64,000 nt of DNA from Chrysomallon squamiferum (lineage: Eukaryota; Animalia; Mollusca). How positions within the stretch are numbered: position 1 is the stretch's first letter; every line of letters begins with the position of its first letter. Below are positions 39,236 to 52,027 of the stretch, piece after piece. Made by a program: the position numbers and the translations under genes. The notes under the pieces are model-generated. The model did not search any database. It was not told where the DNA came from and saw nothing but the letters and a program-made list of their open reading frames with translations. The stretch covers positions 39,432,001 through 39,496,000 of the forward strand of contig CM022665.1 in the NCBI GenBank assembly GCA_012295275.1. Direction: 5' to 3'.

Positions 39236-39612
39236 CTGAAAATAAAGAGAATTAGAATCTGTTAGAATCTGTAATAATAATAATAATAATAATGATGATG
39301 ATGATGATGATGATATAAATAAATAAATAAATAAAAGTACACATAAACAATATCAATTTTAACAAATGAAAAATATAAAAGTGTAAAATATATGCACAAT
39401 AATACTTTACATAAATAATAAATATATGAAATATATCCCATCTGAAAAAAAATAACAAAACTATTTGTATCTTTTAAATTAAAACGAAGCCATTGACAAA
39501 TTATTATTTTTTTTTTTTATATATTCAATTTTCATATTCCAACATTTAATTAAACTTTAAATATTTAAGTATTTAGAAAGATTTACTTATTTAGTAATAA
39601 AATATTTCTTAC

Positions 39613-39667
39613 CCTGGATATAATACCTCTTGCTTTCCTGACCAACCTTGCTCCAAAACCTGCTCTT
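39613..39667 (-). CDS. CCDC88: CCDC88 exon (basic, amphipathic segment)
   Basis: Reads RAGFGARLVRKARGIISR. cag/gtaaga, phase 2-0 fits. Confidence 0.85.
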
Positions 39668-40126
39668 CTGAAAAAACAACAAACAATTAAAAACAAAACA
39701 AAAAAATAAATAAATTAATTAATGAATGTTTAAAGACACTTTCAGTACAATTTTTATATAAATTATAACTATTCATATATTTTAGAGAACCCAAAATAGA
39801 AAAGGAATATTTCTTTAATGATGAATTAGCCAATAATATTTTTATGAAAATATTTCTGAACAGGTAAACAAACTTTTAAAAATAATTTATAACCTTCAAA
39901 AAACTGCTTTTAAAAAATGTTTTTAAAAATTATTTTTTTTACTACTACTACCACAACTTGTATTCTTTAATATCAACAAATCATTTCTGCTGTGCAATAT
40001 GTCTCACAATGTTACAATAAGATCCAAAGACTGATGTATTTGAATAATAGTAATATTATTAGCCATTGCTATTATTTATTATTCTCAAACTTTTGTTATG
40101 ATCATGTTAAACTTATTATTACTTAC

Positions 40127-40216
40127 TTCTTTGGTGATTCCCATCTGTTCTTGTAATGTTCCATTATCTTTTCCTCCAACCTCTCTTTCTGTCGTTTCAA
40201 ATCTGCCAATCTCTCT
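40127..40216 (-). CDS. CCDC88: CCDC88 exon, end of coiled coil
   Basis: Reads ERLADLKRQKERLEEKIMEHYKNRWESPK, like Girdin LRRQKEKLEEKIMDQYK. Confidence 0.95.
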
Positions 40217-40486
40217 CTGAAATATTCAGTAAATAAGTCAAATAATGTTAATAAATTATATATTTTTAAATAAGTAAGAAAAAAAAATATATATATATAT
40301 TTCATTAGGGAGGAGTTGTCTATCTAGAATGATATAAAGGGACAAGTTAATAAAATGGTTAAAAACATAACAGTACTGAATAAAGAAAGAAAGAAAGAAA
40401 GAAAGAAACAAACAAACAAAGGAAAAAAGAAAGAAGGTTGGAAAGAAAAAGTAGAAAGAAAATAATCAAAGGACCGGCTGTTTGCA

Positions 40487-40519
<33 letters not shown>

Positions 40520-40615
40520 ATATTATAAATCTTTCACCTTAAAAAGGTAACAAATAAACAAAGACACATGAAAATTTGTTTTAAAAATCAACAAACAAAT
40601 AAAATAACTACTTAC

Positions 40616-40761
40616 ATGTATGTCTTCTGTTCTTCCACATACTGGTCTTTGTTCTCAAGAGCCTGCATCAACAGTTCCTGGTTCTGGTTGAGTAGCTGTT
40701 GTACCTGCATGAGCAAGGCACGGTTTTCTTCATCCAGTTTCTGGTTCACTTGGTACATAGC
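40616..40761 (-). CDS. CCDC88: CCDC88 exon
   Basis: Reads AMYQVNQKLDEENRALLMQVQQLLNQNQELLMQALENKDQYVEEQKTY. cag/gtaagt. Confidence 0.95.
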
Positions 40762-40891
40762 CTGTGATTGAAACACAAATCAAAAGTGACATTATTAAGC
40801 ATGTCATTTGTAGTCAAACTGTTAATTAAAGATAATTGTTAAAATTGTAACAGTGACATATATCTTATGAAAAAAGAATCACTCTACTTAC

Positions 40892-41661
40892 ATCAAATCT
40901 GTTCTCAAGTTTCTGAATCTCCACATCCATACATGATATTGTTTCTTTATTTTCACTCAGTTCAGCCATCATTTCTGTGCTCTTCAACTGCAGGTTATGA
41001 TTCTCTGACTTAATACGTTTGTGATCTGTGATAACACTTTGATAATCATGATTCAGCTTGTTGTAGGCTGATCGCAGTCTGTCCTGCTCATCTCTCAGCT
41101 TATCATAATCCATCTGCAGATTTCCGAGAGCTCGAACCTCTGACTTGAGCTGCTCTCTCTCCTTTTCCAGAAGCTCTCTGATCTTGTTAACATCATTTCT
41201 TCCCTGCAGCAAGAGTCTAACTGCTCTTGAAGGTCGTGGTGCTCGGTTTTCAACGATTTATGGATTGACTTCAGAGATCCGTGTTCAGAGATTAAAGACT
41301 CATATTCACAAGTTAACTGCTCATGAAGAGTTTGGAGTGATTCATGGTCAGATACCAGAGATTCGTGAAAACTCTGTAGATCTTCATGTGTGTGGATCAG
41401 ATGCTCGTGCTCTGATTCTAAAGTGGACAGCTGGACTTGTAAAGATCGCTTCTGAGACGTTATTGATTCACACTGAGATTTTAGTGCTGTGTTTTCCACC
41501 TGGAGTTTTGCATTTTGCGTCTGCATATCCGAGGTCTGTTCGTGTAGTTTTGCATTTTGGTTGTTCAAAGTTTGGCTTTGGTTTTCAAGTTTTTGAATTT
41601 GTTCACCCAGTGATGACATCTGTGATCTAAGGCTGGAATTTTCAGATAACAGGGTAGCATT
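40892..41661 (-). CDS. CCDC88: CCDC88 coiled-coil exon with an apparent 1-nt deletion near 41211-41212
   Basis: Reads NATLLSEN...HHDLQEQLDS in one frame and LLQGRNDVNKIRELLEKE...ENRFD in another. The exon is 770 nt between phase-0 splice sites, so 771 is needed. Confidence 0.9.
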
Positions 41662-41940
41662 CTGAAATAGAATAAATATGAACTTGTGTGTTCTGTAACA
41701 GTGAACTTTTAAACAAACAAATGACTGTAAACAAAAGTAAAATATGGAAACTGAAATGGAATTAGAAGTCTTAATATTTTGTTTCATTCACTGAATTCAT
41801 TTTCTGCTTTTATGTTTTTGTCAATTGCTCTTATTTTGAAAAATATAATCAGCTTAATTTAAAAATTAAATCTTAAAATAATAAAAAAATAATAAAAATA
41901 AAAGTAATAAGAACAATTATAACAAAATAACAATACTCAC

Positions 41941-42046
41941 TGTTCTCTCCAGATGGACAAGATGATCTTTAAGATCTAGGATGTCTTTGGTAGAATTTGG
42001 CTGAGGTGTTGGCATCATTCTTATGTTCAGATTAGATGGACTCAGT
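41941..42046 (-). CDS. CCDC88: CCDC88 exon
   Basis: Reads LSPSNLNIRMMPTPQPNSTKDILDLKDHLVHLERT. cag/gtgagt. Confidence 0.9.
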
Positions 42047-42382
42047 CTGTAGAAATAATTGCTAAGATTTAACACATTCAACCAAATGTCTGAAAAAGTT
42101 CATAACTGTGAAATTAAAATACTAATATGACATATTAAATTATTTCTAAAATTGCATTTAAATACTCATTGTTTTTAGTAATAAAACTGTTATATCAAAA
42201 ATAAAACTGAAACAAGATTAACATCAAATAAGTATGAAAAAAAAAAGTTTAAATTTTGGCAGTGGGGGAAGCCCCCAAAACCCATGAAACCACCCCAGAG
42301 AAACAATTCATTATGTCTAGAAAATAACTAGATAAAAAAAAAAAAAAAATTAAATATTATTTTTTTATGAAATTTAACCAAC

Positions 42383-42502
42383 CTTTCATGATCACGACTA
42401 ACAATTTCTTCTTCATATCTCTGCTTCAAACCTTCCGATTCTTTTTTCAGTTGGCGAAGTTCTTCATTTAACTTCTGATTACGATTCTTGGATTCCTCAA
42501 GT
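42383..42502 (-). CDS. CCDC88: CCDC88 exon
   Basis: Reads LEESKNRNQKLNEELRQLKKESEGLKQRYEEEIVSRDHER. aag acceptor, gttggt donor. Confidence 0.9.
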
Positions 42503-42809
42503 CTTGTATAAAATAAACAGATAATGTTTTTTAAAAGAAACAGTTACATACAAATGTAAACACATTGTTAAACCAAAGCAATATAAACTAATTTTTTTAA
42601 CAGCTAAGAGATATTTTGTGTTTAAATTAGTTTCACAAGAAAGATTTATGAAATATCTGTAATTGAAAGTCAGTACTGGATCAAATTATAGAAAAATGAT
42701 AAGGTTTTGAATACGGAGACCGGATATATTTCAGATTATGGATAAAGAATCATGATGATAAAAAACGTCCTCAACTCAAATTTCTAAGTGATATCAAATA
42801 ATTAATTAC

Positions 42810-42899
42810 CTGCTTTCAAGTGCATGGATTTTCTCTTCTTTGATTTCCATGTTTTTCTTTAATGTGTCATGGATCAATGATTCCAAAGCCTTGAATTTG
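42810..42899 (-). CDS. CCDC88: CCDC88 exon
   Basis: Reads KFKALESLIHDTLKKNMEIKEEKIHALESR, like Girdin TLKKSLEIKEEKIAALEAR. aag acceptor, phase 2-2. Confidence 0.92.
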
Positions 42900-42901
42900 C
42901 T

Positions 42902-42936
<35 letters not shown>

Positions 42937-43163
42937 TTACAAAGAAAATGAAAATTAGAGAAGTAAAAAAAAAAAGAGAGAGAGAGAGAAAACTGAGTTG
43001 TTTCTCTTTTCATAATATTTATACTGATCACTTGAACTAAATGGAATATGTAATCTAACTTCTCTCCAATTAATGGCACACAAGATGTTTGATCAATATG
43101 GAAATAAATAAAAAATAAAACAAAAATAAAAATATTGAATGTCAATTTAGAAATATTTCTTAC

Positions 43164-43291
43164 TTTCCATCCTCAGTTTTTTCTGCATGAACTAACTTTT
43201 CTCTGTTGATTCCAATTTTCTCTAGTTCATGACTTAACTTCTCAAGTTCATTGCTCAGCTGTTGTGATTTTATCTTCTCATTGACTAAATC
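43164..43291 (-). CDS. CCDC88: CCDC88 exon
   Basis: Reads [33 protein letters not shown], close to Girdin DLVSEKLKTQQMNNDLEKLTHELEKIGLNKERL. aag acceptor. Confidence 0.95.
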
Positions 43292-43659
43292 CTTAAGAAA
43301 ACAAAACATCAACAGTTAATCACAGACATTCGTATTTATTTAATTATTGTATCTAATGAAAGATAGTTGGAAATTTATGTTTTAAATCTGAAATATATGT
43401 ATAGAGGAAGATATTTATTTAACTTTTTTTTTTTTTTTTTTTTGAAACCCTGAACTATGGCATGGATTTAGCTTACTATTATCATATAAAAAAAAAAAAA
43501 AAAAATTATCTATCTAAATTTTATATCAGCTTTTAACATGTTAATGATAATCATTTAGTTATAGCCAACAAATCAGATGTAAGAAAGATATATTAATAAA
43601 TTATTTATGGATATAAAATAAAATACTCATTTTCTTTTTTAAATTAAAAAAAAACTTAC

Positions 43660-45047
43660 TTCTCTAAGTGCTGCCAGAGTTTTCTTGTCCATGTTAACTT
43701 CTTGTAAAAGTTCTTTATTTTCTTTCTCCAGTTCTTTGACTCGAGCACAAGTGTCCTTCATTCTGTCCACAGACTTCTTCAAGTTCTTGTACTCCTGTTC
43801 TAAAGCTGAGTATTTTGCATTCATTTCATCCAGAGATGAATCCTTCACTTCCAAGCTCTGCCTCAGTTTTCTGCATTCCTTCTCTAAAGAAGACTTTTCT
43901 TTCTGGATGGAGAATAATTCTGTTTCAAGCTCAGAAGCTTCTTTGTCTTTCTCTTCAAGTCGTTTTAAAGACATTTTCAGCGACTCAATTGTGTTCTGTA
44001 ACTTCTCATTTTCGGTTTCAAGATCATTGTTGTCTTTTTCTAAAGATTCCACCCGATTCTGAGTGTAGGACAAAGATTTCTGAAGTCTTTGATTTTCATT
44101 ATTTAAGTCCACAATGTCAAATTCCATTTGTTCCTGTTTCACTCTGAGATTCTTTTGAGCTTCTAAGGCTTTTTGTAATTGCTGAATTTCTCTATTCAAA
44201 GCATCATTATCGTTTTCCAGTTCTAACACTTTACCTGATGAAGCTCTCAGCGACTCCAAAGTTCTCTGCAGTTTTTGGTTCTCTACATTTAAATTAATAT
44301 TTTGCTCCTCAATTTTTTCTTTCATCTGGAGGGATTTCTGAACAGCTTCGAGAGTTTTGGAAAGTTTTCTGTTTTCCACTTCAATATCAGAAAATTCTTG
44401 TTCTAACGTTTCGTATTTATCACAGGTAAGCTCAAGCGTTGCAATTTTCTGTTGCAATTCTGAGGATTTTTTGAGTAAATCTGCATTTTCATTTTCCAGG
44501 TCCTCCATTTTGCTTCCACTCTCCTTCAGTTTCTGGTAGGAACGATTCAGCTGTTTGGTTTCAAACTCCATCTTTGACAACATATTGTTTTTCACAGATA
44601 TTGTCTCATGCAACTGCTTGTTTTCTCGCTCTAAATCCTTGGTCCTTGCATCGTTGGATTTTTCGTTTCTTTCGCGTATCACTTCGATGTTTTGAACCAA
44701 ATGTTCATTTTCTCTTTCAAGCTCTTTCACTTGTCTTTCTGAATTTTCCTTCACCATTTCTAAAGTCTGTGCAATCTTGTCTTTCTCTTTCAGCAGTTCT
44801 TGGACGTTCTGCTCAAGCTCCAGACATTTCTGAGAGGTTATGGAATTCGTCTCAAGAAGTTTTTCAACTTTTTTGGAAAGTCTTTGATTTTCTTTTTCCA
44901 ATTCCAGATTAGCTGCTGTGTTCTTTATCATGGCATCTTCATCCATTTCTTTCAGTTTCTGCTGCAGCTGTTGGTTTTCCAGCTGCAGACGCAGTAATCT
45001 TGCATTTGATGTTTCATTTAGCTGATCTGACAATGAACCTCCAAGAC
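43660..45047 (-). CDS. CCDC88: CCDC88 large central coiled-coil exon (1388 nt)
   Basis: Reads GLGGSLSDQLNETSNARLLRLQLENQ...KELEKENKELLQEVNMDKKTLAALRE. cag/gtaagt, phase 1-0. Confidence 0.96.
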
Positions 45048-45620
45048 CTGGGGAAAAGATGAAATTCCATTTGTATCACAACTCTAGTAATACTGATATA
45101 AAAAACATGATAAGATTTAATTATAACAGCATCTTGTGTAACTGTCTTTCAATAGCAATAAATCCTTAACATTTTTCATTTCTTTTATAAAACTTTCAGA
45201 CTGTTTTAAAAATATTGGTCTCTCCTCATGATAAATAAAAAAAAGAAAAGTAAATTATGTTGGTGGGGTTTTGTTACTTTTTATATTTTATTTTTATGGG
45301 AGGGAAGGTCATTTGTAGGTTTTTAAAAATTTCCATGAAAATTAAAATAGCTTTGGGTTTTTCTTTCAGTCTAAAGGATTAATCATTAAAATTTGAAAAA
45401 ATTTGATCAATTGAGATTTTTCTTTTAAATATAACTTTTTACTCATATTGACAGAAATCTTTATGTAATAAAATTTTTCATCATGAAATTTCTATTTCAA
45501 CAGATATAATAAATTTGTTTCTGAATGAAAATTTCTCTTTTATATTTTATACCCAAATACTTAACTTAAAATCAAAACATAAACATCTTTTCTGAGATTT
45601 CTGTTACTTTAAATTCTTAC

Positions 45621-45756
45621 CTAAAGTATTAAGTCTGGCAGCTCCAAGCTCTTGTTCCAAACTTGCTGTTTCACTCATGGAACTCTTCTTTTCAAATTCT
45701 AGTCTCACATTTTCATCTATCAACAACTGAATTTTCTCTCTTGCTGTATCTCTTTC
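45621..45756 (-). CDS. CCDC88: CCDC88 exon, coiled coil
   Basis: Reads ERDTAREKIQLLIDENVRLEFEKKSSMSETASLEQELGAARLNTL. tag/gtaaga. Confidence 0.93.
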
Positions 45757-46020
45757 CTATTTTAAAAAATATATAAAAATAAAAACAACAACAATAATAA
45801 TAATTATAAAAATATACATATACACATATTATATATTATCAAAATGTCAGTTTAATAACAATAATAAAAAAAAATAAAAAAGCATAAAATTTTCAATTCA
45901 GATAAGATAATTATTTGATTTTGGAAAGGAAAGATTTACTTCATGTTCACATATGCCTTAAAAAAAAATTGTATTTGAAATATGTTTTTTTTTAATAATA
46001 AAAATACAACATCAACATAC

Positions 46021-46167
46021 AGAAGTGACTTGTTCTATTTTCTCTCTGAAATGATGAAGTTCATTCTCCAATTCAATCACTGTCTCAACTCTCTTGTGAC
46101 TGCTTTCCAGCTGATCTTCTAAAATAGCCTTTGTCTCCTCCAGGATCCCATTCTCCTCTCTCAGCTC
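46021..46167 (-). CDS. CCDC88: CCDC88 exon, coiled coil
   Basis: Reads ELREENGILEETKAILEDQLE...IEQVTS. cag/gtatgt, 147 nt. Confidence 0.94.
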
Positions 46168-46580
46168 CTGAAAGTAAATATAAAAGATACTTGTTCTGGC
46201 CAAATAGAAGTTTTTTTTACTGAGTTATTTTTAACAAAATATATTTATTTTGTAGTTGAAATTATGTTTTAATTTGATTGTTTTGACTGAAATCTTCCTT
46301 GTGGGAAATGAGAATGACTTAATTTTGTATTGTGAAACATTAATTTTTCAACTTCCACAACAAAAAGTAAAATCTTCTGTGCTTGCAAAATAATTTTTAT
46401 ATTATCCTTTTTAACATTTAAATATTTACATTTAAATGCTGAAGGAGAAAAAAATATGAACGACAATATCAATTGACATCGTTATAATTTACAAAGGCCT
46501 TATAATTGTTTTATAATTAATTTTAAAAAGTGGAATGTTTTCCTTTTTTTTCTTTTTCTTTTTTTTCTTTTGTATTTTAC

Positions 46581-46667
46581 CTCCATTCTTGCTTTGTAGA
46601 ACTCTAGTTCATTCAATTTTTCCTTATATTTTTGAATTTCTTTCTCATATGTGTCTACTTTGCTGGC
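46581..46667 (-). CDS. CCDC88: CCDC88 exon, coiled coil
   Basis: Reads ASKVDTYEKEIQKYKEKLNELEFYKARME. cag/gtaaaa, 87 nt. Confidence 0.94.
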
Positions 46668-46996
46668 CTGAAAAAATTTAAAAAGCATCATTTAAACCTT
46701 TTTTTTTATTTCTTTTTGTTTTTTGTTTCAGTCACTGAATGTCAGGTTAGTTTTAATAAATAATATTGTCTAGTTTTTATATTTTTAATAATGAATACCT
46801 AAAAAAGATTAGTTTGAAAAATTAACTGAAGTTAGACTGGATAAAAAAATATATATATATTAATCAAGAACTTTGTTATCATAAAAAATTATCACATTTG
46901 TTTTATCAAAATCAATACATCAAAAGATATTCTAAATGAAAACAGAGAAAATGAGTAATAATGTAAAAAGAAAAGTAAATATAAAATATTATTTAC

Positions 46997-47068
46997 CTTT
47001 TCTTTGAGAATATCAAGCTCATCTTTAAGGGAACGTATCACTCGAGAATCTTGTAGAAGCTGCTGGTT
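46997..47068 (-). CDS. CCDC88: CCDC88 exon, coiled coil
   Basis: Reads NQQLLQDSRVIRSLKDELDILKEK. tag/gtaaat, 72 nt. Confidence 0.92.
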
Positions 47069-47618
47069 CTATAAAAACAACAAAACAACAACAAAAATTT
47101 AAAATGTTCTATTTTCTAGAAACTTGCAATATATAAATGGATAAATAATTAACAAATATTAAAATAAAAAAAATAAATTAAATTAATAATAATAATAAAC
47201 TGAATAATACATATGTAGAAATAGATCATATAAAACAATAAAATGAAAATAATTTTATCAAAGAAGTTTATTAATAATAAACAAATTATAGTATTATATT
47301 CAGTAAAGATGCAAACAGGAATGGCCTGATAATCTTATGCTGTCATCATTATTTGAAATATAAATAAACAAACATAACAATTTTCCTCACTTTTTAAAAA
47401 CTTTTTTAATCTTTAATTTTTTTTGAAATATCCCAAAATAAATAAATAAATAAGTAAACAAACAAATAAACATTTCACATCACTTGATGATTTAAATAAT
47501 ACAACTTACTGCGTTAAAACAGGCAGTTAATTTAATCAACAAATCAATGAACAATAACAAAATTCTTACTGTAGTAAAGTAAAGGAATTAAAACAGATAA
47601 AATATTTAAATCTCTTAC

Positions 47619-47700
47619 CTCGTTTTTCAGTTTAAAAATATGATTTTTTGCTTCCTCAAGTTCATCTTGAGTGTCTGACAGATGTTCTATCTTCTCTTCC
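47619..47700 (-). CDS. CCDC88: CCDC88 exon, coiled coil
   Basis: Reads EEKIEHLSDTQDELEEAKNHIFKLKNE. Phase 2-0 is consistent with its neighbours. Confidence 0.92.
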
Positions 47701-50700
47701 CTGTAAAACAATAAAACTAAAATGTTTAACTGAGTCGTATCTTCTATATTCATTAAATAAATAAATAAATTAATAAATAAGTGAATGAATGAATCCTGCC
47801 AAACAAAATGGCTAAAGAAAAAGTGTAGCTAATACTTTCTACACTAGATAATAACAGATATCACTAGAAAATAAACAGTGAACCCACATAAAAATTAATT
47901 CTTATGCATATAAGATAAATGTTGTTATATGTAATCTAGTTTCAAATTTAACAAAACCTAAAAATAACAAAAAAACAACCAAAACCCACCAAAAAACCCC
48001 ACACAAGTTAACCAACCATCAAAAATATATATCTCTAAAATTAATAAATAAAATATGAAAACGCTGGAAACAAATTTTGATACAAAATTAAATTAAGTGA
48101 CAAAAGATATAAATATGATACTTTCTAAATTCACTAATGACAAAAAAAAAAATAAAAAATAAAAAAATGATTATATATAAAAATCTAACAGACTGCAAAA
48201 ATTAAATAAGACTGTTAAAATATTATTGAAAGATTAGAGACAGAAATGAAGAAAAAAAAAAGAAGAAGAAAAAGAAAGCAATAAAAATAAAAACAACACA
48301 AATAAATCCTCCAGCACTTACTAACAACATACATGATTAGATAAATCAACAGTACCTTCAAAAGCTAAATCTAATGACAAATATTATAAATATGTAATGA
48401 CAGCAAACACAAATCCGACCCAATGGCAAAAAAGTAACAACTAAAATAAAACCGTCTGTAATGTGTATGTCATTAAATGAAAATCTGGTTGAAATTGTTT
48501 GTGTTGGAGATGGTCCAGAGTTTGTGGTGTTTTATGAAATACTGGTGATAGCCATGTAACAACTGGCAGTGTTACTTGATGTTCTTTTTACAGACACTGA
48601 CAGAAACCATCAAAAACAACTTCATCTATTTCAGAATCCACTGTAACAGATGTTGTTGCTGTTATTATTTATTTCATTAACTGGATATTTAAATCAGATG
48701 CTAATTATTATTATTACTTTGTTTTTTAAGTTTCTTGTCTTATTACAGGACAAAGACAAATAATAATGATAGTAGTAGTAGTGGAAGCAGTGACTGTAAT
48801 AATAATAATAATAATAATAATAGCAATAACAATTATGGTAATAATAATAATGATAACAACAACAACAACAACAACAACAACAATAATAATAATAATGATA
48901 AGATCTAAGAAGTCAAAAAGTAATGTTATATGTCTGCCATTATAAAAAAATATATATAATATAAATTATAATAAAAATATATAAAAAACCAAAATCAAAC
49001 CAATAATAAAATTAAATAAAGTATATCATTTTTGACTGATAAATGAATTTTCAAAAGAACAAAAATTTAAACAAATAAATAAAATAATAGTGATACATTT
49101 TTTTTTTTAAAAATCCACAAAACAAACCAAACAAAAAACCCTCCAAAAACAATGGCTATTAATACCTGATTAATGAGGTATTAACATTTTAAAATGTTTT
49201 TAAATAAACATTAAAGATAAAAAAAAAATGATTCACAGTGTTAACAATAATATTAAATATCAGTAAGTTAACAATAAATAACAAATAGACCTGACAATGA
49301 TTAAATGACAAATGATAGCTAAAATAACTGTAAAAAAAAAAAAAAAAAAAAAATCTTAAATTTTTTTTAAAATAAATATTAAAATTTATATAGTGTACTG
49401 ATTAATAATAATAAAATGTTTTAAGAGGTAAAATCCAAAAAATGAAAAATTCATAAAATGTATATATAAATATAAAAGGATGGCAGTCATTTCTGAATCA
49501 TTTAATCAGTTCAAACTTTTGACCAATCAGAGTCTTGTGACATAGAAGAGCAGGTGTCTGGTAAGTGGTATATATTTGGAAGATACTTGATTCTATAGAC
49601 TTGTCGTGATTACCATTTCATTTGAAACAGTTATCAATTTAAGTTATTCCATGTTATTTCTGAATCAAAAGTTTCAGAGTAAAGCCATTTTAGTGACTTA
49701 ATAATAAATAATTGAAATCTATTGACCATGAACAGTTTTTTTAATTTTCTGGGAAATTTTGAGAGGCACATGGTTCTTCCTGACCTTGTTTAGGATGCCC
49801 TGTGTTTACCTCCTAAGCTATGCTAAAATGTGGAATGCAACAAGAAAAATGTGCCACCTACAAACTATTAACAAAATAAACAACATGCACTGAATGATAA
49901 AAGGTTTATACATTAATGTATTTTAATAATATAATCATTTTAAATAGCATCAATCCATCCTACTTGCACATAAATGCACAGTGTTTTTGCCCAGTTGGAA
50001 CTGGAACTTACAGATATTTATTATTATGTAAAAAATCTGTGTGTTTATAGTTAAAATTTGGGGGGTTTTTTGTTGTTTTTTTTTGGTTCCAAGCTTCTGC
50101 TGAGTTTGTGTACAGCAGAAGATTATGGTTAAATATCAAATGCATGTAGTCCTTTTGCATGCATGCACATAAGCACACACAGAAACACATTATCTTTTTA
50201 ACTTGTTACATTAAATATTTAAAATACTGAAGACTGAAAAATCTAGGTACAAGTATAAAGAAAGTAACACTGTGCTATTCAAAGTCATTAGACACATCTA
50301 ATTTAAAAAAAAAAAAATTAAAGTGACGTTTTAAACCACCATGGAATGCAATGACTGAAAATACTTCAAAAATGCATCTAAAGTTCAAACATAAATTATT
50401 TGAAATTAAAAAAATAATAATAATAAAATAAAAAATATTAATTTAATGAATGCAAAAATGGAAAATCCTCTGCTCATTTGACCAAACAAATGTGGAAAAC
50501 ACTGATAAATTATTTGTCACTAAATAATTTTTGATATCTGAGTATTTTAGGTTCTTTGATAACTGTTGTAACAGATTTTTTTCCATGATAAATGCGAATA
50601 TTATTTTTTATTCAGAGAAAACTACTAAAAAAAGTAACTTTTAGAAAAAAACAAATTTCATCTTTTTTGCATGTTCCTATATTAATATGTCTTCATATGA

Positions 50701-51800
50701 TGTGATGTGCATATATGTATGTGTATATATATTTCCGTATATATATGTATCAGTATATCAGTGGATACAAATACGTATTATGTATGTGTTGAAATACAGT
50801 TATTATTTCAATCCTGTTTCTGACAGCCTGCTGCTATTACTGTTAGCTCTGTGAATAACAAAACCTAGTGGTATGTGTATTTATTTTTATATCAAGAGAT
50901 TTCACACAGGTTATTTCCACACTGATGACCCCAAGTCTCAGAATGAGTGGAAACGAATGAACTAATGAGTTACACGGTCAATATGAAGCAAGACCGGTCA
51001 GTTCTATAATCAAGCTGTAGTTCTGACCTCTCACTGACCACCAAACTGTCAATTACCTGGATGATAATTATCTTAAGAACCAACCCACTGCAGAAACATG
51101 CTATTGTTCATCATGCTAGTTTGGTTTCTATACATAAATGTCTATTATTTTCCTTTTCTCTTTTGTGCAGATCTGGGGAGGGATATCTTTTTATATATAT
51201 TTTTTTAAACTAAATCCAAAAAAAAAAACACAATATAAAAAAAAAAAAAAAAAAAAAAAAAATCCCCTCCTTACAAAATCTTTAATTATATGAACAGTCA
51301 TTGTATAAATGTTGTCAGGAATGATTTCATGTTTTCTAAATAAAATAAAAATCTGTATTAAAGTAAATGATAATGATCAAACTACAAGAACAAAAAAAAA
51401 AAAAAAAAAAAGTTTAAAATTAAACAGTAACATTAATAATAGTAAAATAAATCCCCCAAAACAAAACAAAAAAAAAAAAACAAAAAAACAACCAACACTT
51501 GGTATTATTTGACTGTAAATTTCTAGTAATAATCTAGATGTAGAAGCAACTAGTTGGAACAAATAAACAAACAAAAAAAAAAAAAAAAAAATAAAAATTA
51601 ATATTAATAATAAATTTTAAAAAATAATAATAATAAATGAATAAAGGAAACACTTAATAAGACTGACTCTGATACGAGTCATTCATAACTGATAAATAAA
51701 TTTCTTTTTTTACTTGCCATTCCAAAAAACTGATGTTAAGCCAATAAAATAAAAAATAATTTAAATAATTAATAGGAAAGTGTAACACTGATATACATAC

Positions 51801-51955
51801 AGCTCCTGTCTAACTCTTCTCAGTTTAGCTTTGTGTTCTGCTAGTTCTACAGCTAGGTGATGTTTTTCTGGACTCACAGAGGGCAGGATGGGGACTGGGG
51901 TTCCTTCTGCTTGAGACTGGTAAAAATCTCTCTCCTGAGTCAGTTCTATCACTAT
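51801..51955 (-). CDS. CCDC88: CCDC88 exon
   Basis: Reads IVIELTQERDFYQ...EKHHLAVELAEHKAKLRRVRQEL, a conserved Girdin/Daple segment. cag/gtatgt. Confidence 0.95.
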
Positions 51956-51983
51956 CTGCAAAATTAAAAACATAAATAAATAA

Positions 51984-52027
<44 letters not shown>

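Noticed and set aside
41205-41220. Programmed ribosomal frameshift or tiny intron as the cause of the frame break
   Set aside because: No X XXY YYZ slippery site, and homology is continuous across the break, leaving no room for an intron.
33120-44997. Plus-strand ORFs overlapping the large CCDC88 exons (e.g. 33486-33872, 41145-41630, 43685-44062)
   Set aside because: Antisense shadows of real coding sequence; no independent start, splice or homology evidence.
49810-49822. Possible microexon (ttttag|CATAGCTTAGGAG|gtaaac, or a 3-nt GAG variant)
   Set aside because: The 13-nt form breaks the frame and the 3-nt form has no support beyond AG/GT dinucleotides; junction reads would be needed.
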